64,000 bases of DNA from sequence record NC_004629.1. One strand, written 5' to 3'. The notes beneath the pieces are model-generated. The model did not search any database. It had not been told where the DNA came from and saw nothing but the letters and a program-made list of their open reading frames with translations. Positions 32,357 through 47,263 of the stretch are shown here, piece after piece; within the stretch, counting starts at the first letter, position 1; each line of letters begins with the position of its first letter. A program made the position numbers and the translations under genes.

Positions 32357-33874
32357 ATGAACTTAAATAAGTTACTTGATAGTTTAGAAGGTTATGGTGT
32401 TGTCGAAGTAAAAGAAAAAGTCGCGAAAGCCAAACTAAAGCACGCTGCTACAGACGACAAGCAAATATCTAAAGAACCAGAAGAAGCTGCCAAATTAATT
32501 GATGAATTACCAAATGATGTAAAAGCAACTAATAATGGGTTAGATGTTGAAGAAGCACATAAACCTAATATCCATTGGAAATCAGATCGTGGTTTAGTTA
32601 CTGAAGTTGATTCATTTGGTAAAACATACGTCGCATCAGAAGAATATCCAGCATCACCCCATGATACCCGAGAAAGTCCTGATAATAGACCTACACCAGT
32701 GGATGGTAAAGATTTAGATAGTGATGATGATCATTTAAATATCTTTGCGTATGATACACCTCCATCTCAAAACATGACATATCAGCTAAATCAATTACTG
32801 CATGCGCGTACTAGTTTAGAATGTTTTATAGATTTATTAAATACCGCTGGTGATAGAGGTATTACTAAACAATCAGCTGCTTTTATGCACGTTACATTAG
32901 AATCAATTGATAAGCTTATCGGCTTTGAAAAGATTAGTATTGAAGATTTTAATGCAACCCCTAGCAGCGCTATGCGTTTTGTAAATATTTCTCAAGAAGA
33001 AATAAAAGAACGTATTGAAAGTATAGGTAAAAAGATACTTGCTTTAATAGTCCATGTTATTGAACAAGCTAAAGTAGCGGCACAGCGTGTACTAACTGGA
33101 ATCAAATCAGTTGAAGATAAAACTGATGAGTTAATTGAAAAAGCGAAAAGTTTAATCAATAAGCCAACTGTATCAAATGAAAGGGTAACACCTGATTTTG
33201 ATATGTCAATTAAAATTGACAATCCTAAAATGTTATTCATTGGTGATGAATTTGTTTTAGACGATTTAACTAATGAAACAAAAGTTAGTCAATTTCTAGC
33301 TAAAGAATGGCCAAATATAGCTAGATCAAACATTGATAAAGTAGTTAAATTAATTAAAGACTACGACTTAGAAGATAATGAACTAGATAAGTTTAAAGAG
33401 GCTTTTGAATTTATTGGTGAAGCTAATCAGTTAGATAAAGTAAAAGATACTTCTCTACCTGGTAATAGTAAACTTATATTCCAGAAAGATAAATATGCTC
33501 CACGACTTGGTGAAGATAAACATGGTGATGGTCCAGATACAATCACGATCGAGCCAAGGCCGCCTGTTGAAGTGCGTAAAACATTAGAAGTTAATAAAGA
33601 AGCTATTCGTCGTTTAGGTGATCTATTTAAAGCTGAAAAAGATGTCCTTGAACAACTGAAGAAGGTTGCACAGGGCATTGAGGACATGGAGCTACGTAGG
33701 TCTAAAGCTATTTGGAAAGGTGCTCGTGATGATGCAAATGAGATTATATCTTTAGTTAATGGCTTTATTACCGATATGTCACCAGAATACGCAACACTAA
33801 TTAGTTACCTATTACATATTGCAAAGCAACGAAATGCTGTTTGTAATATGGAATTAGAAAGATATGGCCAATAA
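32357..33874 (+). CDS. Inner-body paralogue-family protein (gp94)
   Basis: GITKQSAAFMHVTLES...ISQEEIKE block. Confidence 0.8.
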   Translation: MNLNKLLDSLEGYGVVEVKEKVAKAKLKHAATDDKQISKEPEEAAKLIDELPNDVKATNNGLDVEEAHKPNIHWKSDRGLVTEVDSFGKTYVASEEYPASPHDTRESPDNRPTPVDGKDLDSDDDHLNIFAYDTPPSQNMTYQLNQLLHARTSLECFIDLLNTAGDRGITKQSAAFMHVTLESIDKLIGFEKISIEDFNATPSSAMRFVNISQEEIKERIESIGKKILALIVHVIEQAKVAAQRVLTGIKSVEDKTDELIEKAKSLINKPTVSNERVTPDFDMSIKIDNPKMLFIGDEFVLDDLTNETKVSQFLAKEWPNIARSNIDKVVKLIKDYDLEDNELDKFKEAFEFIGEANQLDKVKDTSLPGNSKLIFQKDKYAPRLGEDKHGDGPDTITIEPRPPVEVRKTLEVNKEAIRRLGDLFKAEKDVLEQLKKVAQGIEDMELRRSKAIWKGARDDANEIISLVNGFITDMSPEYATLISYLLHIAKQRNAVCNMELERYGQ

Positions 33875-33961
33875 ATATATCTAAGTGTTCATTTTTATCT
33901 AAGTACCTAATTCTATGGTTTATTGTTAAACGCGCGCAAAGAAATTCCTTGAGGAAATAAC

Positions 33962-35605
33962 ATGACATTTAAACTCAATGAGTATCTAGATAGTCTAGAA
34001 GACTATACTGAGGTACCTATTCCTGAAACAGCAGTTGATAAAGTAGCAGCCATGACTAGTGGCGATTGTATTTCTGAAGACGCTGTACCTGAAAATACTA
34101 TTCAAGATGTGACTGACAATAATGTTGGTGTAACACCAACTGCACCAGTGGATGCAGATACCACTATTGTTAATACTCCTAATAATGGCGTTATTGTTGA
34201 GACTCCAGCTGCTACTCTAGTTGAACAACCAGCTGTACCAGTTACCGTAGTTGAAACAGATGTAGTAACAGAAGTACCCCCTATTCCTGAACAACCTAAT
34301 ATTGCTGTTGAAACAGTTATTCCAGCAGGTGCCGAAGGAGAGGAACCACAAGGTGGTGAAACAGTAACTCAGCAAATCGCTGATCAGGCTGCCAAAGATA
34401 GTTCTATTCCACTAGCGCATAATGGCGTGGTGCCACAGATCGCTGTTGCAGTGGATATGGATAAACCTACTGATTTCATGGACATTGGTAATGCACAAGT
34501 AGTTACTACAGCAGTGCAAGATATTAATCAAGGTCTAAATACCGCATATGCCCTAGAGTCGATTAAAGCTCTTGTTCGACAAGCTGGTATTAATGGTATC
34601 AGTCAAAGTACAGCTGCATTTATTCATTCTGCACTCTTACCACATCGTCATGTACTTGGTGATAATACTTTAACTAGCTCATTAGAAAACTATACGACTG
34701 GTGGTAAAAGTCATTTATATCCAGTTAAGATTTCAACTGAGGATATTAAAGAGTTAAGTCGTAAGGCGCTTGCTTATATCAAGAAAGCTATTGCTAAACT
34801 ACGTGAAATTATTAGCCACGTATGGGATAGTCTTAAGAATAGTGTACCGCGTGTGAGCGTAAAAGTTGATGAACTCATTTTAGCTATCCAAAATGCTAAG
34901 TTTGAAAATATACCCAGTGAATTAACGGTTCCTGTTAAAAATGGTGGACCCGTATTTGCTAATGGTAAATTCATTCAGCCTTCAGCTAACGTTGGATATG
35001 GCCCTATCGTTAAATGGATGGCATCTGTATATGCAAAAGACTATGCCACCTACCTAACGAATATTGGTACTGTGCTTAAAGCTTGGGATCCAGAGCGTAA
35101 TGATGCTAGTGAACTAGTTGAGAAGATGGACAAACTTCAAGATGGACCTCTCAAACACTACGCTAGTACATCTAACACTTTACCGGGTAATAAGCTTGTA
35201 ACTACGACTGCTACTCAAGTATATCTAACTAATGATGAGACAGCCGCAGAACCTGGCACTGAAGTGACTTTAAAGAACTTTGATAAGAGTCAAGCTAAGA
35301 AAGAAGCAGTAGCTCTACGTAATCTGGTTGATGATGCAGCTGATGTTATCACTGGCGGACGGAACATTGTTAAAGCCATTAAGCAACTTGAAGATGATGT
35401 TGATCAACTTTCACGGAAACTAGAGAGTGATAAAATCGACGATGTTTCTAAAGAACAGATCGAAGAAGTATCACGTAAGGTAGCATCTATTATTACAGAT
35501 AGTGCACCTAAACATGACTCCATTATTCGTGAAGCAATGCGTTACGCAAATACTGCAACTGGACTTTATAATAGTGTAATTAACACTAAATTCCAAGCAG
35601 AATAA
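33962..35605 (+). CDS. Inner-body paralogue-family protein (gp95)
   Basis: Acidic P/T/V-rich propeptide; GISQSTAAFIHS...SLENY...ISTEDIKE. Confidence 0.8.
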   Translation: MTFKLNEYLDSLEDYTEVPIPETAVDKVAAMTSGDCISEDAVPENTIQDVTDNNVGVTPTAPVDADTTIVNTPNNGVIVETPAATLVEQPAVPVTVVETDVVTEVPPIPEQPNIAVETVIPAGAEGEEPQGGETVTQQIADQAAKDSSIPLAHNGVVPQIAVAVDMDKPTDFMDIGNAQVVTTAVQDINQGLNTAYALESIKALVRQAGINGISQSTAAFIHSALLPHRHVLGDNTLTSSLENYTTGGKSHLYPVKISTEDIKELSRKALAYIKKAIAKLREIISHVWDSLKNSVPRVSVKVDELILAIQNAKFENIPSELTVPVKNGGPVFANGKFIQPSANVGYGPIVKWMASVYAKDYATYLTNIGTVLKAWDPERNDASELVEKMDKLQDGPLKHYASTSNTLPGNKLVTTTATQVYLTNDETAAEPGTEVTLKNFDKSQAKKEAVALRNLVDDAADVITGGRNIVKAIKQLEDDVDQLSRKLESDKIDDVSKEQIEEVSRKVASIITDSAPKHDSIIREAMRYANTATGLYNSVINTKFQAE

Positions 35606-35617
35606 TGATAAGTGACG

Positions 35618-35653
35618 ACATATCGACGGGGCTCGGAAGAGTCCCGTCTTATG
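35618..35653 (+). terminator. ACATA-hairpin-TTATG element
   Basis: GACGGGGCTC-GGAA-GAGTCCCGTC. Confidence 0.8.
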
Positions 35654-35666
35654 TTAGGAGTTAGCA

Positions 35667-36782
35667 ATGGAATTAATTGATATTTATAAAGATACCCCAG
35701 ATGAAATGATTATTGATCTTGATGAACCTAAAAGACTTGCAGATTTATTATCAGGCGATGAAGCATTAGCTAGGCGAGTGATGGATCTATTAGGCGGTAT
35801 GGAAGATTATAATCAGATCCAAGGGGTTATCAAAGAATTAGAGGATGTTGTATCTACTGAAGATATTAGTGATACTATTAAACATGTTATTGATCGAGTT
35901 ATAAAACTATTTGTTACCACTATTGAGAAACTGATGGATAGTGGAGTAGTGCTAGCAGCTACTGCTGAATATGTTGCAATTCGAGCAGAAAACTTACGAG
36001 TTAACAGTCGTGCTAGAACTCGTAAAAATAAGAATCCTACATTCCTAATTACAACTCGTATTCAGAACTTAAGTGTTAGATATAAACCTATTACCAATAG
36101 TGCTAATTTGTTATCTCACTTACGCGTATTGGAGACAGTAGTTGATGGGTATATTAATGGATTAGACAATGTGATTCTAAGGCCAGCTAATATCATACCT
36201 TCGTATATGAATCCAAATGCTAGTCCAGATGCTTTAGCAGAACTACTATTAAATAGTGCCCCAACTAAAATAACCACACCATCTGTTTATCGCGATCAAG
36301 GTAATCGATTTGTATCATTGCATTTGCTAGGTAATCATCAAATTGTAATTAACTATAATCCCGATAAGAATGCAAGTGCTTATGATCAGTGTAGGGATAT
36401 TTCTTCACGGTTAGTTCCATCTGAAGAAACCCCTAGACCACTACCAGTCGAAATAGAATTTGAACATTTCAACCATCAAGTTACTGAAAGTATTATTGAT
36501 CGAGTTGTTAAGGTAGTTGATAAGATCAATCGTGCAAATGCTGCATCAATGCGTACTCGTCGAAATGAACGGTTAAGGACTCTTAAAGGTGCATTAATCA
36601 GGTTTAGAGATGAACTAACACGTGCTCGTAATGAAGGGCGACCTGATAGAGAAATACAAGAACTTGTTTCATTGGTAGAAACATATGTTGATTGGTTGGC
36701 TATTCCTTATCACGACCTATTTAAATTAACATGTCGTAATTTGACTGCCATACTCAATGTATGCGATGAAAATCTAAAGTAA
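35667..36782 (+). CDS. Head protein (gp96)
   Basis: 371 aa; GME/STE motifs near the N-terminus. Confidence 0.7.
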   Translation: MELIDIYKDTPDEMIIDLDEPKRLADLLSGDEALARRVMDLLGGMEDYNQIQGVIKELEDVVSTEDISDTIKHVIDRVIKLFVTTIEKLMDSGVVLAATAEYVAIRAENLRVNSRARTRKNKNPTFLITTRIQNLSVRYKPITNSANLLSHLRVLETVVDGYINGLDNVILRPANIIPSYMNPNASPDALAELLLNSAPTKITTPSVYRDQGNRFVSLHLLGNHQIVINYNPDKNASAYDQCRDISSRLVPSEETPRPLPVEIEFEHFNHQVTESIIDRVVKVVDKINRANAASMRTRRNERLRTLKGALIRFRDELTRARNEGRPDREIQELVSLVETYVDWLAIPYHDLFKLTCRNLTAILNVCDENLK

Positions 36783-36881
36783 GATTCCAGCGCAATATTT
36801 TGAATGTTAACGTTCGTCGCTTGGAGTTATGACTAAGACGAATAGCATAACTCATAAACTCTGTACAGAAGGTATATTAAC

Positions 36882-39332
36882 ATGATGGTAAATATTCACA
36901 AATATGTAGCCAGCCTTGAGAACCAAGATGGTACGGCTGTGGAACAGGATGTATCCAAAGTCGAGACATCTGTTAAAGATGATCATGAACTAGTTCAAGA
37001 TTTAAAGAAAGATAATGATGCATCTGCAACTATTGAGAATGAAACTGTTAAAACAGATACTGATATTATCTCTGCTGAAGAACATGAAGAAACAGCACAT
37101 GCTGCTGATAAGTCAGCAGTAATTGTTGAAGAAGTTGTACCAGAAGAAACTGTTGTTGAGGAAAGTATTCCTGAACCGCTAGCTACCACTAGTGTCGAAG
37201 AAGGCGAAGAAGCAGTTAAAGTTGCTGAAGCTGAAATCGCTGAAGAAATCGGTACAATTTCTGAAGGCGGTAAAGAGGTTTTAGATTCAACCACTGAAAT
37301 TATTGAAGCTGCACAAGATGCGGCTGATGATACTGAACTAGTGCCTGTTGCAGAAGCACCTGGTGAAACAGCAGTGGAATTAACCCCCACTGAAGAAACC
37401 CCACTTGGTGACGAAACTCCGCCACCTGCACCACTATCTGAAGAACTCCCAGCTGGTGATGAACCCGTGTCATCTACCATGGATACACTACCAGATGAAG
37501 TGTTAGATGCTGGTGAAGTTGTAAGTGAAGCAGTTCCTGGTATCGATGATGATGTGACACCGGAAGAAGCCGGTGCTGAACAGACAACTGCTGATGAAAG
37601 TTCCAATGAATCACCTGATGTAGAGATTACTGAAACTGAAGAAGTCGATATTACTGAACCAGCTGTAGCTGATGCTGAAACAGAAGTTGTTGAAACCGTG
37701 GAAGACACGCCGGATACAACTGATAGTGAAGTAGCTGAAGTAGTAGAGACGGAATCTGAAAGTATCCCTGCTGAAGCTGAACCGGATGAAATCGTAGCAG
37801 TTGATGAAGAAGTAGCTGTAACTGATCCAATTGTAGAAGAAGCCGCCGAAACAGCAGAAGTAGCTGAAGAAGGCTTAAGCGAATTGGAAGAAGTTCGGGA
37901 TGAAGCTGAAGAAGAATTAACTAATGATGACAGTGATTCTACTGATGTATTAATTAATGAAGCTGAAACTGAAGAAACAGTTGCTGAAACTGAAACAGCA
38001 TCTACTATTGCTGAACCAACAATTGAAGAAGGTGCAGTTGAAGATGATAGTGAAACAATTGTCGCTGAAGCTGATGATGATGTTTCAGAAGATGACATCG
38101 AAGAAAAGTTAGCTGAAGGTGAAATTGATATTCCAGATGTCGATGTAGAAGTAACTGAAGATGATGTTGAAGAAGCAGATGAAGCTGCTGATGAGGCAGT
38201 TGCTGAAGCTGATGATCTTGAAGATGAAGTTGAGGACAGTAAGAAGACCATTGGTCAATTACTTGAAGAGCAGGCATCAAATGAATCAATGCTTGAGATT
38301 CTGCATTATGGACTAGAGCATAAACAGTATAGCCCTCAGTTCATCGTTCATGCTAATAGCTGCTTAGAACGTCTACACAATGCCTTTGATGTCTATTCAC
38401 CTGGTATTCCAGCAATGGAAGATTATGGTTATGGTAATCTAGAAGATTACTATAAGGCGATGGTTACTTCACTAGAATCATTTAATAGCACTATTGGTAA
38501 GTTTGTTCGAAATATTATCGACAATATTGCTGAAGGTGCAAATGCATCCATCCATGTTAAAGCTAACCAAAAAGAACTCGCCGCAGCTAATACTAAAGCT
38601 GACCAACTTCTAGTTAAGCTTAAAGACACTGATAATTTTGAAAATAAAGAAATCAAAATTAATGGTATTCTAAAAGGTGATGATAATCTAGTACGCGGTG
38701 TTGCTGGAGAAGTTCGTCGTATTAGCGATATTATTAACAAATGCTTCAAAATCGATGGTGAATACATCGAACGTTTAGTTGGTCACCTATCAACTGCTAT
38801 TGAAGCTGATAGTGAAGAAGCTATTGATAAGGCTCTAGAAGAAGCAACTAAATTAGAAGTACCTGTTAAGAAATATCCTGAGAGTTCATTTATCAGTGGA
38901 AAACTAGAAGGTAGTTTTACCTTCGAGAAGTCTGGCCGTGATGTAACTGGTCGCACTAGTAAAGATATTGAACGATTAGCTGCTATTGCACTTCCAACTG
39001 GTGAATGGGGTGCTACCGGTACTGCTACTGCTAAAGTTAGCCGTAAGGACGTTACTGAACTAATGAAACTTTCTAAAGTTCTAATTGGTCTTGGTAATGC
39101 CTCTCTAAAAGTTAGCGGTAACCGCGGTGTACGTCGTCTTGACCAAGCTAACCGTGATATCTCTAAAGTGGCTAGCATGGATAGTAAAGCCGGTAAAAAG
39201 AAAGTCCGGCAACTAGCTAGTGCAGTATGGGAAGTTGTTGGCCAATCGGCTGAAAACCACACCGTTCTAGTTGATTACATTGTAGCTCTTACCAATGCAA
39301 TTAACACTGCTGTGAATCGTGCCATTAAGTAA
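36882..39332 (+). CDS. Inner-body protein with very long acidic propeptide (gp97)
   Basis: 816 aa; about 460 aa of E/D/A/V/T-rich sequence, then AME/SLE sites and a helical domain. Confidence 0.8.
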   Translation: MMVNIHKYVASLENQDGTAVEQDVSKVETSVKDDHELVQDLKKDNDASATIENETVKTDTDIISAEEHEETAHAADKSAVIVEEVVPEETVVEESIPEPLATTSVEEGEEAVKVAEAEIAEEIGTISEGGKEVLDSTTEIIEAAQDAADDTELVPVAEAPGETAVELTPTEETPLGDETPPPAPLSEELPAGDEPVSSTMDTLPDEVLDAGEVVSEAVPGIDDDVTPEEAGAEQTTADESSNESPDVEITETEEVDITEPAVADAETEVVETVEDTPDTTDSEVAEVVETESESIPAEAEPDEIVAVDEEVAVTDPIVEEAAETAEVAEEGLSELEEVRDEAEEELTNDDSDSTDVLINEAETEETVAETETASTIAEPTIEEGAVEDDSETIVAEADDDVSEDDIEEKLAEGEIDIPDVDVEVTEDDVEEADEAADEAVAEADDLEDEVEDSKKTIGQLLEEQASNESMLEILHYGLEHKQYSPQFIVHANSCLERLHNAFDVYSPGIPAMEDYGYGNLEDYYKAMVTSLESFNSTIGKFVRNIIDNIAEGANASIHVKANQKELAAANTKADQLLVKLKDTDNFENKEIKINGILKGDDNLVRGVAGEVRRISDIINKCFKIDGEYIERLVGHLSTAIEADSEEAIDKALEEATKLEVPVKKYPESSFISGKLEGSFTFEKSGRDVTGRTSKDIERLAAIALPTGEWGATGTATAKVSRKDVTELMKLSKVLIGLGNASLKVSGNRGVRRLDQANRDISKVASMDSKAGKKKVRQLASAVWEVVGQSAENHTVLVDYIVALTNAINTAVNRAIK

Positions 39333-39335
39333 CAA

Positions 39336-39369
39336 ACATAACGGGGAGCCTTCATGGCTCCCTTTTATG
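39336..39369 (+). terminator. ACATAA-hairpin-TTTTATG element
   Basis: GGGAGCC-TTCAT-GGCTCCC. Confidence 0.8.
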
Positions 39370-39397
39370 CTGTTAGACCATGATCTTATGATCTTAA

Positions 39398-42453
<3,056 letters not shown>

Positions 42454-42457
42454 TACC

Positions 42458-44436
<1,979 letters not shown>

Positions 44437-44447
44437 TTAGGTGTATT

Positions 44448-44870
44448 ATGGAACAACTATTTATACGAGTTGATGTGAGGTGGTCACAACAATTCTTTTC
44501 TGAATTAAAACAATACTTTAATTATACCGCAAAAGATGAAGATGATCTTAACTACTTGATCATTCTTTATATTAAAGAACGACATAATTTCTTTTGGACA
44601 TGTGTTCCAGATAGATACAATGATGTAATGTGTAGTTTCTATAAATCAATTTGTGGTTATCCAATAAATCCTAATATCATTGCAAATAGATTTGATCAAC
44701 TCTATCGTGAGATTATGAATAGCTTATTACAAATAAAAGGTATTATCAAAGATATAGTTGCTGTTAAAACAAAAGAAGGGGATATCGAGGGATTCATTAT
44801 ACATTCTGAATCACTACCTAGGTCCTATCCAAGACCTACTAATTGGAAAGGTGTATTTGAAAGATCTTAA
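44448..44870 (+). CDS. Hypothetical protein
   Basis: ORF track 44424..44870; ATG 44448 lies after the terminator. Confidence 0.65.
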   Translation: MEQLFIRVDVRWSQQFFSELKQYFNYTAKDEDDLNYLIILYIKERHNFFWTCVPDRYNDVMCSFYKSICGYPINPNIIANRFDQLYREIMNSLLQIKGIIKDIVAVKTKEGDIEGFIIHSESLPRSYPRPTNWKGVFERS

Positions 44871-44890
44871 ACAGTATATTACACATATGA
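44867..44890 (+). promoter_or_regulatory. Early promoter
   Basis: TTAAACAGTATATTACACATATGA; TATATTAC at 44875-44882. Confidence 0.8.
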
Positions 44891-44909
44891 ACTAATGTGG
44901 AGTATATAC

Positions 44910-45035
44910 ATGGAAAACATCCCTTTAAATAAACCTAAACAACCGGTAGTACCTGAAACATGGATAAAACTTCATCATGTGGTCGTGTTATTCATTCTCT
45001 CACTAATAGGAACTTTAATCTTCAATGGTATTTAG
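44910..45035 (+). CDS. 41-aa C-terminal-TM microprotein (MENIPLNKPKQ...LFILSLIGTLIFNGI)
   Basis: GGAG RBS; first ATG after the early promoter. Confidence 0.65.
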   Translation: MENIPLNKPKQPVVPETWIKLHHVVVLFILSLIGTLIFNGI

Positions 45036-45043
45036 GAGGACAT

Positions 45044-45436
45044 ATGTCATTTATAATTGCTATATGTCTAGCAGTAATGGTAATAGGTATTTTTACTATT
45101 GGATCTAAAGTTAGAGCTTTATGGTATCTTATAAATGGTAAAACTTTAAATGAGCATAAGAAATGGCGCGCAGACTTCAATGAAGTAATTCAATGGCTTC
45201 ATGAAGGTGCTTTCTTTACTAAATCAGGTTTATTTAAAGATCAAGCTATCTCGATTAGATTGTGTGAGCTATCGCGCAGTAAGAAATTATTCCCAATGCT
45301 ACGGCGTTCTAAGTTCGAAGTTATAACTGCTAAGGTATTTAGGGAAATAACTGGTGAGCCTTCAGAGTATAATTATTACTTGAAATTTAATAAGGCTTAT
45401 ATTGGCTTCTACAACGCTAATCCAGAAATCCAATAA
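45044..45436 (+). CDS. N-terminally membrane-anchored protein, 130 aa
   Basis: AGGAGG RBS before ATG 45044; MSFIIAICLAVMVIGIFTIG. Confidence 0.75.
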   Translation: MSFIIAICLAVMVIGIFTIGSKVRALWYLINGKTLNEHKKWRADFNEVIQWLHEGAFFTKSGLFKDQAISIRLCELSRSKKLFPMLRRSKFEVITAKVFREITGEPSEYNYYLKFNKAYIGFYNANPEIQ

Positions 45437-45516
45437 GCCTGGAAATGCACCCAATCTAATGAGAAGGTCTATGTTTTGATCTTCTCATTAGTACTCTTGT
45501 AGAAGGAGCCATTATC

Positions 45517-46005
45517 ATGGCTGAATTTATTATAGGTAAAGATATATTCAATGTACCTGGTGATCTTTATCTAATCACTGTTAATGTTGTTGGCGTCATG
45601 GGCGCTGGTTTAGCCAAATCGTTTAAAGAAAAGTATCCTGAACTTTTTGAAAGATACAAACACGATTGCAAAAAGAGAATTATTACTATTGGTAATCCGG
45701 TTATTTACAAAGCATCCGATGGTAAACGTTTCATGATGTTTCCTACTAAGGATAACTGGCGGAACCCATCTCAAATTAGTTTCATTGAACGTGGTCTAGA
45801 GTGGATGATGGAGAACGTATCGGATTCTGCGGAAAATGAAGAAGACTGTATTCATCCAGATTGGAAAATTATCATACCACCTCTAGGGTGTGCTAATGGT
45901 GGATTAGATTTCTCTGATGTTAGAACTATCATTGAAGATTGGTCTAATCACATGCCTAACCAGATTGTGGTTGTTTATCCACCGTGGATAGATTCATCGG
46001 TTTAA
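45517..46005 (+). CDS. DarG-type macrodomain ADP-ribosylhydrolase (gp104)
   Basis: TVNVVGVMGAGLAKSFK, FPTKDNWR, PPLGCANGGLDF, VVYPP are DarG macrodomain signatures. Confidence 0.88.
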   Translation: MAEFIIGKDIFNVPGDLYLITVNVVGVMGAGLAKSFKEKYPELFERYKHDCKKRIITIGNPVIYKASDGKRFMMFPTKDNWRNPSQISFIERGLEWMMENVSDSAENEEDCIHPDWKIIIPPLGCANGGLDFSDVRTIIEDWSNHMPNQIVVVYPPWIDSSV

Positions 46006-46036
46006 CATTGGCCTTCCCTCAGGGGAAGGCTTTATG
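46005..46036 (+). terminator. Hairpin followed by TTTATG
   Basis: GCCTTCCC-TCAG-GGGAAGGC. Confidence 0.8.
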
Positions 46037-46052
46037 TCGTATATTCAAACCA

Positions 46053-46078
46053 TTTTAAACAGTATATTACATTTGTGA
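46053..46078 (+). promoter_or_regulatory. Early promoter driving the accessory island
   Basis: TTTTAAACAGTATATTACATTTGTGA; TATATTAC at 46063-46070. Confidence 0.8.
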
Positions 46079-46128
46079 CAATACTGTAAACATTATCATA
46101 CAACTTAATGTAAATAGGTGGAAATAAA

Positions 46129-46575
46129 ATGGCAAAGACTAAAAAGCAGAAAGTGCAAGAGGCGATTACTCGTAAATTGATCAAGTTCTATAGTGATACA
46201 TTTCCGGAGTTGATGAAAGCTATTGAAAACTGTGATAGCAGTGGCGAAGAGCATAACCTCCACAATGTATTTGATAATTATAAGAAAACCATTAAAATGG
46301 CAGAAGAAGCCAAGGTTGACCTTAGTCTTTATGGAGTAAATTTAATTGACAAGGATACATACACGAGTCTTTTGTGGTTTATCGAAGGTTGCTATGTATG
46401 GGACATGATTAAAAAACTTAACAAAGCAAAATATGACAATGTTCCTGAACTGGCCAGAATTACACAATGGGATGAACTGGATGACGCAAAGAAACTTCAA
46501 TTCAATAAAAGTCGAGATTACATCATCAAACGACTGAAAGAAGTAACGACTTGTGAACATTTCAGAAACTATTAA
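46129..46575 (+). CDS. Hypothetical early protein
   Basis: 148-aa ORF with AATAGG RBS. Confidence 0.75.
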   Translation: MAKTKKQKVQEAITRKLIKFYSDTFPELMKAIENCDSSGEEHNLHNVFDNYKKTIKMAEEAKVDLSLYGVNLIDKDTYTSLLWFIEGCYVWDMIKKLNKAKYDNVPELARITQWDELDDAKKLQFNKSRDYIIKRLKEVTTCEHFRNY

Positions 46576-46609
46576 ATAGTTTTAATATTAGTAAATAGGA
46601 ATATTTATT

Positions 46610-46948
46610 ATGAAATTCAATACGATTGCAAAAGGTGTATCTTTTCTTCTGGCCACTGCATCACTGGCTGGAACTGGGTATGTTATCTACAAGAAGGCTA
46701 AAGAGACTAAAGCCAACTTTGACAAACTCATGGGTTTCAGGGATCAGTTTAAAAGTATTTCAAAAGAGTATGGTGAATCAGATGAGTTCATGATGTTCGT
46801 CAATGCTGCAATGACTGAGACAATGGATAGTGCTGTTGCTGAGAGCAATATTGAAAAACATCGACTGGATGTAATTCGTAATAAGCTGTCGATCATTTAT
46901 GGCGATGACTATACGAATCAAGTATTCGATACAGTTCGTAAGATGTAA
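46610..46948 (+). CDS. N-terminal-TM early protein
   Basis: GVSFLLATASLAGTGYVIYKK followed by a helical domain. Confidence 0.75.
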   Translation: MKFNTIAKGVSFLLATASLAGTGYVIYKKAKETKANFDKLMGFRDQFKSISKEYGESDEFMMFVNAAMTETMDSAVAESNIEKHRLDVIRNKLSIIYGDDYTNQVFDTVRKM

Positions 46949-46957
46949 AAATGGATA

Positions 46958-46974
46958 GGGCCTCACTGAGGCCC
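46958..46974 (+). terminator. Perfect inverted repeat / weak terminator
   Basis: GGGCCTCA-C-TGAGGCCC with no T-tract. Confidence 0.5.
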
Positions 46975-47056
46975 CATTCAAATATAATTACGATAATAAA
47001 ATTATATTTGAATGAGTTTGTTAAACCTTCAATTAATCGTAAAAAGGAAAATACAA

Positions 47057-47218
47057 ATGAATATTGATAAAGTTAAACTTCAAAAACTTATCGCGGATGT
47101 GCCCGAGGCACCTAAACATAAGAAGATTAAAAACGTCATCACCAAATATGCGGAGATAGCACTAGGAGTATATGTTGGTATTATAATAGCTAAACGTGTT
47201 CTAAATATCAAGTTTTAA
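47057..47218 (+). CDS. 53-aa C-terminal-TM protein
   Basis: AAAGGA RBS before ATG 47057; IALGVYVGIIIAKR. Confidence 0.65.
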   Translation: MNIDKVKLQKLIADVPEAPKHKKIKNVITKYAEIALGVYVGIIIAKRVLNIKF

Positions 47219-47263
47219 TATAATCAAAATAAATCTACATTCATTAACTAATAGGATATTATC

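Noticed and set aside
36995-38289. 418-aa and 94-aa minus-strand ORFs rich in S/T
   Set aside because: They are antisense shadows of the E/D/A/V/T-rich gp97 codons, with no RBS and no independent features.
46980-47009. 10-bp AT-only inverted repeat AAATATAATT/AATTATATTT
   Set aside because: Plausible by chance in very AT-rich intergenic DNA.
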